A DNA stretch of 64,000 nt. Origin: Epithemia pelagica (Eukaryota; Protista; Bacillariophyta). The translations under genes were made by a program, and so were the position numbers. Shown piece after piece: positions 10,274 to 21,984 of the stretch. The DNA is taken from assembly GCA_946965045.2 (NCBI GenBank), contig OX337238.1:496001-560000 (forward strand). The letters are read 5' to 3'. The number at the start of each line of letters is the position of its first letter. The stretch's first letter is position 1. The notes under the pieces are model-generated. The model was not told the origin of the DNA and ran no database searches. It was given only the letters and a program-made list of their open reading frames with translations.

Positions 10274-12273
10274 CTAGGAGGCCTCCGCCTGTTGCTGCTG
10301 TGAGGAGCGACCATCACGATCATCACGACGACGACGGTTGCATCGATTCGAGGCTTGCTGATACAAGTCTTGGACAATGGGCGGCAAGCTTGTCGGAGGC
10401 AGATCTTGAACACCCTCATCCAAGGTGACGACATGGGTCACGACCGGTTGCAACTCCACGGCGGCCGTGTCGTCGTCGTTGGAGGGTGTAATGACAATAC
10501 AAGCCGCCGCTTGGTCCACGAGGGTTCCACCACTACTACTATTGCCAGTACTACTCAGAGTACTCACTTGTCGTTGCAATTGACTTTGGTCCGGTGCATA
10601 CAATTCCATCAACACGTCGTCCCCGCGGTGAACCCAGTCCCCAATTTTGCACCGTACCAAAATACCGGCATGAGGGTCGACGGAATCCTGCGCCACTTGT
10701 CGTCCCGCCCCCAAGGCGACGGCCACCAAGCCCAATTGTCGGGTGTGCATGGCCGTGACGCGACCCGTACAGGGTGCCCGCACGACATGCGGTCGATACA
10801 AGACGTGCGGATCGGGATACCACAAGGAGGAGGCTTGGTCCGGATCGGCACCTTGGGCCAATGCCATTTCCTGGAATTTGTCCAAGGCCTTGCCCTGCTG
10901 CAAGGTATCGTAGGCCAGTTGGACCAACTCGTCCAAGGACTGGTTGGGATACAATTCACTTTGCACGAGCATTTGTCCCGCTAAAAGACATGTGAGGGCA
11001 ATCAAATCGTAACTGCAGTGGTCTTGGGCCTGTTGCAAACTGTCTCCGCCCTGGAGGATTTCGAGACATTCTTGAATTTCGTACCAATTGCCAATGGCAT
11101 ATCCCAAGGGCTGATGCATTTGTGTCAAAAAGGCTGTGGTCGGATTCAATCCTTGTGCATGACCTGTATACACCATGCTGTTGGGATTCGTACATGTTCC
11201 AGTAGTATAGAATGAGGATATCATCCAAGTATGGAAACAACCGACGACCAACACACACATGTGCCACACAAACAGACATGGAAAGAAGCACATGGTAAGA
11301 ATACATTCATGTCCTGCCAAACCACTCGCTCGAATCGTCAGCCGGTAAAGAGGATCCGGATCCTCCAACTACTACTACGACGACACGTATACACGTACCT
11401 GGTGGCCAATTCGGCCGCCTCGCGAGCCGTTTCTTGAAAGGCCCCGGATCCATACTTGACATCCAAGACGAGGGAGGCGGGATGTTCGGCAATTTTTTTG
11501 CACAAAATCGAGGCCGTTTGCAAGGGAATGCTTTGGACCGTACTCGTGACATCGCGCAGGGCATAGAGTTTTTGATCGGCCAGACACAGCGAGGGGCCGG
11601 CGGCACAAATGGTACATCCGACGTGGTGGACGCGGTCTTGAAATTGTTTGGTCGAAGAAAATTGCGTGTTGAATCCGGCAATGCTTTCCAACTTGTCAAT
11701 AGTCCCACCGGTATGACCCAACCCTCGGCCGGCAATCATGGGCACGGCCACACCCAAACTGGCCACGAGCGGAACCAAGAGTATGGAAACCTTGTCCCCC
11801 ACACCACCTGTACTGTGCTTGTCCACCAAATGACGAGGCGATGATGGTACGGATGATGATGAAGCATGACGTTTGGATTGGTTCGGTTTCGTGTCGTCCA
11901 GTGAATGGTTCTGGTGGTTCCATACACGGGACCAATCCAAGGGTCCACCGGGTGTGGATTGGACCATGGCGTCGGTCAAGGTGGCCGTTTCCCGAGGCGA
12001 CAGTGGATGAAAACACACGGCCATGAGCCAGGCCGCCATTTGATAGTCGGGCACCTGACCGGCCGTATACTGTTGGATCCACGTGTGCAGTTCCGCGTCG
12101 GTATGCTCTCGTGTCCCATGACGACGAATCGAAATCATTTGTACCGGATCCACTTCGACGACCACTTGCTCTTGTGCTTGTTGTTGTGCTTGGGTGGTGG
12201 CAGGTGGGTCGGTGTCGTCCTTGTTGTGGTGGTGGTCCATGGTGGTAGCCTCGTCCTTGGCGTTGTCTGTCAT
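10274..12273 (-). CDS. TYMP: Thymidine / pyrimidine-nucleoside phosphorylase; exons 12273-11399 and 11177-10274
   Basis: YQMAAWLMAV, signature DKHSTGGVGDK, GRGLGHTGGTIDKLESI, LYALRDVTSTV, LVLDVKYGSGAF, MHQPLGYAIGN, LGAGR...VDPHAGI; GTACGT/CAG intron 11398-11178 joins ELAT-SMV. Confidence 0.92.
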
Positions 12274-13012
12274 TGTGTTTGGCGCTGGTATTATTATTCG
12301 AAGCAATGAGAATGAGAGAGCTCCTGTTGTGGTCGATCTCTACAGAGCAAAAGAGTGGTTCTTCCTTTCTTTCTTTTCTTCCTTATGAAGTTATCGGGGA
12401 TGATTCTTCCATAACTCTCAAAATCGTCGTTTACGAGATCTTTCACGGATTCTTTGTGACGCGTGACGCGTGACAGAACAGAGTTCGCATCTCTTTGAGA
12501 AAAAGATACCTTTTGAAGAGGGGGGAACATAACTTGGGGGCAGAGAAGTGTCATGCCCCCGTTTAAGGAGGGGCCACACCCCATATTTAGACCGACACCA
12601 TGAGCGAAACTTGATATTGAGACGACACGGTCCTCGCCTTAGTTTTCTGAGGCCGGGCGCGTCGGTCGACGATACCCTAGCGGGTACGCGCGGCAGCGTT
12701 AAAATAGATTGTTCCTTTTTTTTTTTTGATATTGAGACGACACGATATAAAAACAAAACGTGGAGAGAGAGAAGCGAGAGAAGAACCGAAAACCGGAGAA
12801 CCATTGATCTTGCACGCGCCGTTGTGCTGGTGAGAGAAGGTCCGAGAGAAGGTCGGAGAGAAGGTGGTCCAACGAAAAGACGAGAATACTGCGAGACGCT
12901 TTTTTGTGCGTGTGGGACGACGCTACTAGCCCCAACACCGTGTTTGTTGTGTGGTTGTGCCAACCACCAAACCAACCAACCGACACGCACACACACAAAG
13001 AGACAGTCTAGT

Positions 13013-14992
<1,980 letters not shown>

Positions 14993-15521
14993 ACCGGATA
15001 CGGCGGTCCACGACAATGGACAATAACAAGACACACATATATGCTCGTAACATCAACGGTAAAGCTTCGTTGTCTTGTTGTTACCCAGGCAAGCAACATG
15101 TGGAAAGAGTCGTTCTCTCTCAATGTGTGCCACGAAAAACGGAGAAATGGTGTGTTCCTTCGAGCCTCCCACCCACGACCCTATGGCGACACGAGCACAC
15201 ACACACTGACACACACACGTCACTCTGTGATCCACAGGCAGGATGAGTGGATATAAGACTATATGGTTGTTCGATTCACAGTATCAAAAGCGCGTCCATG
15301 GTAGAAAGTGGAAGCGAGAGAATTTGGGTACATTGCGGGGATAGAGACGTGAGTCAGGCTTTCCGTATATAGAATGATGATATGCTAGTTTCTCTTTTTA
15401 TCGAAAGCTATACAATTGATGTGGACCGCTTCATGTAGCGTCATGAACAGATGTGGAGCCATTGGAAGAAGGAATGCAGAAAGAACGTATAATACACAGC
15501 ATAAGACCAACAAGAGTGCAA

Positions 15522-18500
15522 TCAATCTTCCAAGAATTCCGTCATGTTGGAAGCACTGAGGTAAATGGTGGAGAAGAATTGAAAGAATTCATCCTTGGTC
15601 ACCCAAAAGATTCCATCGTCGGCCACCACCGGATTCAATGCTCGTTTAATTTGGGGATACTTGTCCCAGCCAGGACCGTCATCGTCAAACTCTCCATCCT
15701 CAATTTCTCCCTTGCCCCATGGATTGCGGACCTTGATCAAGTCAATGGGAGTTCCAGCCACGTCATTGTGGCATTCAATGACCGAATACGCATGATTATC
15801 CACTAATCCAGCGTCTCCGCTCTTGTCCGAACATCCGGCACCGACAATGTAATTCACGTCATCCCAGGCACACATTTTCATGAATAGTTCTTCTTGAGTC
15901 AGTTCGACATTGGGACCACCGCCGCCTCCCACCTCGGGCCAGGCATTGCGCCACAACGACTGTTCGCCTTCGTGCGGACAATTGGCATGGCGAGCCCATC
16001 GTCGTTCGTGCGGATTGTATTTGCCATAACAGGCAAACTTGCCCGTGGCCGGATTGATTCGAATGGTATACTGCTCTTTGCAACCCGTCAAGAGGGCCCA
16101 GGCGTGAGTGCATTGTCCACCCGTCACCTTATCCCATCCACCACAATGAATGGCCAAGGCCTTTTCCAAATAACAGACCCACAATTCTCCGTCCTCCGAA
16201 GGTCGGGAGGCCAAGAGCTGTCCCGTTCCATCGGCCGTGACGGGCAATCGTTCATCCACGACAATATCTCGTTCGGTCCAGGTTTCCAGGTCCCAGAGTG
16301 ACAAAATGTATTGATTGGGTCCGTCCAGGGGCCGTTGCTCCAGTTTGGTCGTTTTTCGGTAAATGTGTTTAATGGCTCCGTCAAATTCGGCCAACGACGA
16401 AATGCCCGACAAGAGCCAACAATCTCCCACCGTTCCTTGGTGAATGTCCGAGGGATCCACGTCGCCAATAATCTTGAGGTTGGGGGTATCGCCCACCCCC
16501 ATGCCTCGCCCGGGGAGAATGGGTTTGTTTTTGGGAGAATGCAATTTGCGTCGTTGATGCGTCATGTGATCGGTATGGGCATCCCGGTATTGATTGGGCA
16601 AAGTGTGTTGCGGAAAGGGTGGAAGTCGTTCGTAGTACTGCGTCAAAATCGTCATGGGACCTCGGGGCGAAATTCCGGTGGGCACATGTCCCTTGCTGCC
16701 CTCGCGATGAATCAGGGTATACCGTTGTTGATTGGTGGGCCACTCCAGCATGTTGGATTGATAAAACAAGTACAGGTACTTGTCCGGATCGGCCCGAAAT
16801 TTGTCCCGTCCCTTGGCAATGGGTGCCATGACTTGTTCGCTCTGGCCCTTTTCTTCAAAGACAAAACTACCGGCAAAGTGTTGTTCCAAAAATTTCCACT
16901 TGGCGGGATCGGCACCGGCCCAAGGACTATTGCTGTGGTTGTTGTTATGGTTGTGCGCGGCCGAGGGCGAGGAAGCCGCAACCTTGCCACCCTTGCCCGT
17001 GGTACGGGGCGCTCGAGGTTCCATATCGCGACGATCGGCTCTCGGAGAGGCTGGAGCAGCAGGAGCAGCAGCAGCGGAATTCTTGTGGCGTGGAAACAAT
17101 TTGGTGGGTTGGGGCCGACTGCTGTTTTTGGTGGGAGCGGATGCCGCAGGAACTACCGAAACGGAGGGCGTGTTATTGTTGTTGGAGTTGTTGTTGTTTC
17201 GCCAGGGCAGAGTGACGATTGGTTTTCGTTTGGAAGAAGGAGATGCCGGATTGGTGCTGCCAGTGTTGTTGTTGTTGTTGTTATTCTGGAACCCGGCCGA
17301 GCCTCGCCGACCCGGACTCTTGTTGGGACGATACCGCTGTGTACTGCTGCTTCGTGATTCCGGAGGAGGTGCTGGTTCCGATCGAGTATTATTGTTATTG
17401 TGGTTGTTGCCACCCCAAAAGCGTCGGGATGGCGAAGACGGACGAGTGGGTCGAGACGACGATCGTGGTGGTGACGCTTGTCGTCGGGAGGGTGAGGCGG
17501 GTCGAGTGGTTCGGGGTTGAGACGTTGAGCGAGGTTGTTGGGGTGAGGAGGACAAAGGGTTCTTTCGATTAGTAGAAGTGGTGGGAGTGCGAATAGTAAC
17601 GGGTGGTGGTGGTCCTCCTCCTCCATGAGACGACGGAGAAGAAGAAGTGCTGCTTCGTCCGGGCGCAGAGGACCGCAAGGCGGACGAGGAAGTCGACGGA
17701 TTGGGATTCAATTCCTGCGGCGTCGCCGTGGCAATGGACTGCAATCGTTGTTTTGACAAGGGTCCTCCACTTTGTTGTTGCTGTTGCTGCTGTTGCTGCT
17801 GAACCTGTCGTTGAATGGCCGCCAGGGCCGTTTCATACTTGTCCAAAACAGTGCGAGAACTACTATCCTTGGCCAGGGCCGTATCGAGTTGCAACAATTG
17901 GAGCAAAATGGGATGCAAATCCCGCCAGGACCGATTGACCACTTCGTCCAACATCCAATAATGTTCGCGAGCCGCCGTGCGATAGACCTGTTGCGCATGG
18001 TGCAACTTTTGTTCGTTGCGGTCCATCTTTTCCGTGCCACTCCCGCCGGGGGCGAACTCTTGTTGCTGTCCCTTGGTGAGTTTGCGAATCTTGGCCTGAT
18101 GCAAGGCATCGACCTTGGTGGTGTAATGGTCCACTTCCCGCCTCAAGGCATTGGTCTGTTGCATGTCATTTTGAATCCGCGTCGTGACGGTGGACTGCCA
18201 CAAGTCGATATAGTCCAACAGTTTGGTTTGAGAATCGACCGCCCGACGATCCAAGGTGGTTTGCGACACGGTCCTTAAGGCTTGTGTGGCGTCGGCCATG
18301 GACGTGGCATAGGGAGTGTCATGACTCAGTGCCGACAAGGCTTCGGCCATCTATTATTGTATATACGTATTAGGTCCAAGAAGAAGAAGAAGAACCGCAA
18401 CAAGAACACCAAAACGCTGTGTGAGACTGCCAAAAAAGCAAACGGAACCCAATGTACCATGTGTTTTCGTTGGTTCGTACCGACGCTTGGGCCTGGGCGG

Positions 18501-18693
18501 TTTGAACCATGGCGGCATGACGTTGTTTCAAGGCGGTGCGCAAAGAGCGCAGTTGGGGACAAAATTCCTCCTTGTACTTTTGTTGCAAGGCATCCAATTG
18601 GGCATGTCGATGCGGTGATTTTTCCACCATGGATTGCCGCAACAAGACACCCATGCGAGGTTTCGGAGTGTTGTTGACCGCCGAGGTACTCAT
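15522..18693 (-). CDS. Calpain-like cysteine protease paralog 1 (BAR-like coiled coil, basic S/P/R/N linker, CysPc); exons 18693-18481 and 18350-15522
   Basis: QGTVGDCWLLS (Cys), NHAYS (His), VRNPWG (Asn), CYLEKALAIHCGGW; GTACGA/TAG intron 18480-18351, phase 0. Confidence 0.88.
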
Positions 18694-18699
18694 ACTACT

Positions 18700-18780
18700 A
18701 TACGAAACTACTTATCTCTAGCTAACCCGAATCCCTAATCGCTCTGCCGCGGAATAACGAGTAAAGCGGCGCCAGCCGCT
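18700..18780. repeat. 81-bp direct repeat, copy 1, containing GC hairpin AGCGGC-GCCA-GCCGCT
   Basis: Identical by eye to 19952-20032. Confidence 0.92.
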
Positions 18781-19066
18781 GGCCTCGAGAATGCAGCGGG
18801 AAAGAGCGATGAACCCCAACCTTAATAAATTGAAAAAGCCAACGGAAGCACGTGCCACCAGATTACGCCCATGAAGTTTGCGACAGTCGTTGAAGTCTTG
18901 GATTCGTTTGCTAGCCAACGAATGGCTTAGGCTTAGGCCTTTTCTCATTCTGTTGGAGAGCAACGAAACAACGCCTGTCGGATTGATAGTCTAGTTTAAC
19001 GCTCCCACCTCTCCCGCCCTCTGGCCTACCATCCAGCTTGGGTTTAGGAGAGGGTTTCCTACAGCT

Positions 19067-19915
19067 CTAGTGTCTATTCTACCCCGGTACTCATATGAGG
19101 ACAAATCCTCATATGAGTACACTTTCAAAAGAATAATATCAAATCAATCATGTACTCCTAAGTGGTTTTTAAGTTCAGATTCGTAATCTCCATACTTGAA
19201 AACGTACTCCATGATATTCTCATGCTTTAATTGTGATGAGTAGTGACGATACAGTATCAAAAACAGAATTCATCCATGTTGGAGCGATGGTGATTTTCTA
19301 AACTGAGTGTTTGGAGGGGATAAAACAGAAGACAATCAACCTGATGAGTGTTATTATCCCTAGTGTTGATGACCAGTTGTCCTTTGCCTGATTGAGGCAT
19401 CAGATTGAGAGAATTCAGCCAAAACAAGCCTCCATCACCACAGAGGAAAATTCTGAGACCGTAACAGCATTCGACACCAATACAGGGTCAAATGCGGCGT
19501 CTGAGCCTCCTGCACCCCAACACTTCATGTACAGGAAGCACAGACACCTTCAGGGAACCAGGAAAGTGCAGTGGGAGACTCAAATCCGCCAATGTCTGTG
19601 AAGACAGTTGAACTCCCTCGACAAAATGGTTGGATTTGCCCTACATAAACTGGATGGATGCATTTTCCAACACACGTAGTGTCTTGCCACATAAACATAG
19701 AACATAATGGTTGATTGTGGTCTATTACTTTTCTATTTTAGTTGTTCATTTTTTTGGTAGAACGGCAGATTCCCATGGTTGGGTTACATTTTTTGTCGAT
19801 AGCTTCGTACAAAAGCTACTGTGGTCTACGTAGATATGATTTTAGTAGGATTGTCCTCATATGAGGACAAGCGCTGTCCTCATATGAGGACAAACCGGGG
19901 TAGAATAGACACTAG
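19067..19915. mobile_element. Non-autonomous TIR element (MITE-like, ~850 bp) with palindromic subterminal repeats
   Basis: Perfect 22-bp inverted repeat CTAGTGTCTATTCTACCCCGGT (19067-19088) / 19894-19915; two CTCATATGAG palindromes inside each end; AT-rich interior without long ORF. Confidence 0.8.
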
Positions 19916-19951
19916 TAAAGCCATCTCCACTCCTACAGTCATTGGTCTTGG

Positions 19952-20032
19952 ATACGAAACTACTTATCTCTAGCTAACCCGAATCCCTAATCGCTCTGCC
20001 GCGGAATAACGAGTAAAGCGGCGCCAGCCGCT
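19952..20032. repeat. 81-bp direct repeat, copy 2
   Basis: Identical by eye to 18700-18780. Confidence 0.92.
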
Positions 20033-20180
20033 TAAGGGAAAACCTATCGTTGGGGGACGAGCATAGACTTTAGGCATGGCGCGCGCGGCGAAAAATTGGG
20101 TAGGAATCCTACATACGAGAAAATCGTTGTACACCCCTCTGTTATGTACTCCTGGGTGTTGGTGCACACTACACGTCAAA

Positions 20181-20459
20181 ATGCCCAACTATCTCCTGCA
20201 GTACGACCTTGACACCGTTTACATTCAAAACAATGGCTACCACAGATCCACCGTCTACAGACATCTTGCAGGGGAACTCAGTCAACGCGGCTGGATCAGA
20301 CACCAAAGGTCCTGCTGGAGGAGCAACGGCAAAACGGCTCTTCAAGCACAAAACGACGCAGACGACATTGCCGACGACCTCGAAAACCAGTATGGAGTCG
20401 GAGTCTTCGGACGACTCGAGTACGAGCGGCATCTCAATTTCATCCAAGTGCGCCCGTAA
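20181..20459 (+). CDS. VapD/Cas2-like small endoribonuclease candidate (92 aa)
   Basis: NYLLQYDLDT...VYRHLAGELSQRGWIRHQRSCW follows the VapD pattern Y-h-x-[FY]DL...Y..L..EL...G[FW]...Q.S.[YW]; size matches VapD (~90-95 aa). Confidence 0.55.
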   Translation: MPNYLLQYDLDTVYIQNNGYHRSTVYRHLAGELSQRGWIRHQRSCWRSNGKTALQAQNDADDIADDLENQYGVGVFGRLEYERHLNFIQVRP

Positions 20460-20772
20460 GAAACAAAAGAAACGCGACAACTTACCCACAGAGGGTCATC
20501 TCAAGATTCGGGCGGTGGTGGATGCTGGCTCCGCTTGGGAATTGGACCTAGAACGGGTGCACGGTCTCACCAACGAAGAGGCTTGTATCGTCGTGTCCAA
20601 GATGGCTCCCTATGTCAACCAGGACACCTTCCCGGAAAATACAAGTGGTGATCGTTTCATGGATTTTGCGAAGCAGGGGTGGGAGCATATGCGAAAGTTG
20701 AAGGAAATCAGGAAGAAGTACCCAGAATGCCGCGGTCAAACCTGCGTTGATGGAAAATGGATCATGCTGTAA
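20233..20772 (+). CDS. Hypothetical 179-aa protein overlapping the VapD-like ORF in another frame
   Basis: ATG in ACAATGG context; overlapped half is S/T/K-rich and disordered-looking, non-overlapped half looks globular (HLKIRAVVDAGSAWELDL...FMDFAKQGWEHMRKL). Confidence 0.5.
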   Translation: MATTDPPSTDILQGNSVNAAGSDTKGPAGGATAKRLFKHKTTQTTLPTTSKTSMESESSDDSSTSGISISSKCARKKQKKRDNLPTEGHLKIRAVVDAGSAWELDLERVHGLTNEEACIVVSKMAPYVNQDTFPENTSGDRFMDFAKQGWEHMRKLKEIRKKYPECRGQTCVDGKWIML

Positions 20773-20889
20773 AGAAGAAAAGAGTGGGTGCATCTGTTTT
20801 TGTTCACTGTTTTATTTGGTGGATCTCAGTCCACCGGCCACCTAGCCAAAAACCTAACTCGATCCACCAATCGTAGATTTTAATGGGCT

Positions 20890-21105
20890 ATGAAAGAAAA
20901 AAAATTTACATACGGCAGTACAAAATATCGAGAGGATTGCGTTGAAAGATGCGACGAAGGCGATAAGACTCCTGTGGATTGGGTTAGAAAGGGGCAAGAT
21001 ACTGCAGTTTTCCTGGCTAAAATGGCTATGAGACCAGGCGGCCCAGTGGATGTGCCGGCGGGATCTATACCTACAATTAGAGGCAAGGGCAAGAATAGAA
21101 TATAG
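20890..21105 (+). CDS. Small hypothetical protein (71 aa)
   Basis: ATG-initiated ORF followed by AATAAA; sequence complexity looks protein-like. Confidence 0.35.
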   Translation: MKEKKFTYGSTKYREDCVERCDEGDKTPVDWVRKGQDTAVFLAKMAMRPGGPVDVPAGSIPTIRGKGKNRI

Positions 21106-21984
21106 CTCTGAATAAAATTATCAGGGTTTAATGGTAAAATAATAGTGTATCATAAAGAGGTGCCGAGTGCCCATGTGCACAATCATGCTACGATAACTAC
21201 GTTTCAGAAACATCCTTGGGGGCGGGGATTGAACCCCTGTTAGGTCTTTTAAAGTAGTGGCCCCTTTTACTGTTTGAACAATGGGTGACTGTTGCGATTG
21301 CAATTCGAAGAATGCCTATCTGGCGCCTAGCTAGCGCCTAGGTAGATGTGCACGGGGTAAGAAGTACTACTACTGGAAACGACGGCCAATCTCTTGGGAT
21401 ACGGAGGATGCAGATATATCAGCGATTTCTCTCTTTCTCTCTCTTCTTGCTTGCCTGGTCTGTATGGGAAACGAATGATACAAACACCAAAAGTGGTTCC
21501 AAAATGGCTCTGTCAAGTGATCGAGAAAAAAAAGAAAAGTTGAAAGACACGCGACAGTTTTTGGGGTCCAACCTCGAATTTGGCCCAACCATAATCAGAT
21601 GGTCTTTCTCCCCCAAAGTCCCAAGACCTGTCAATCACTCCCTATCGGAAAGAATAATCGTTTCCAATAATATGGACCGTCATATCTCGCGAGGTTGTAA
21701 CCTTACCATAGTGGTCCGGCATGACTGTTTCCACTTCACCAAAGAAAATCAATTGGGTGTTCTGTAGTCGGTTTTGTCACTTTTTGGCAATTGGAGCTAG
21801 GCTGGACTATGCTGGCGAGTACCTGCACACTCTTGTGTGATTATCATTAGAGTGTATATGAATGAATGAAACAATGGCAACTTTCTTGCATCATAATACT
21901 TTTTGATCTAAACCTACATGGATACTATCAAATCTCTGGTTGGAGCGGTTGTGGATGTGCGTTCCATTTTTCGTTTGGTGTGTT

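Noticed and set aside
12548-13012. N-terminal extension of the CWC27 ORF
   Set aside because: Non-ATG start and promoter-like composition; the family N-terminus begins at 13013
19232-19395. TGATGA...CTGA pairs resembling C/D-box snoRNAs inside the MITE
   Set aside because: No terminal stems and no recognisable rRNA antisense element; short motifs expected by chance in AT-rich DNA
21219-21245. Minus-strand GGGGTTCAATCCCC resembling a tRNA T-arm / B-box
   Set aside because: No acceptor stem, D-arm or anticodon arm can be folded around it
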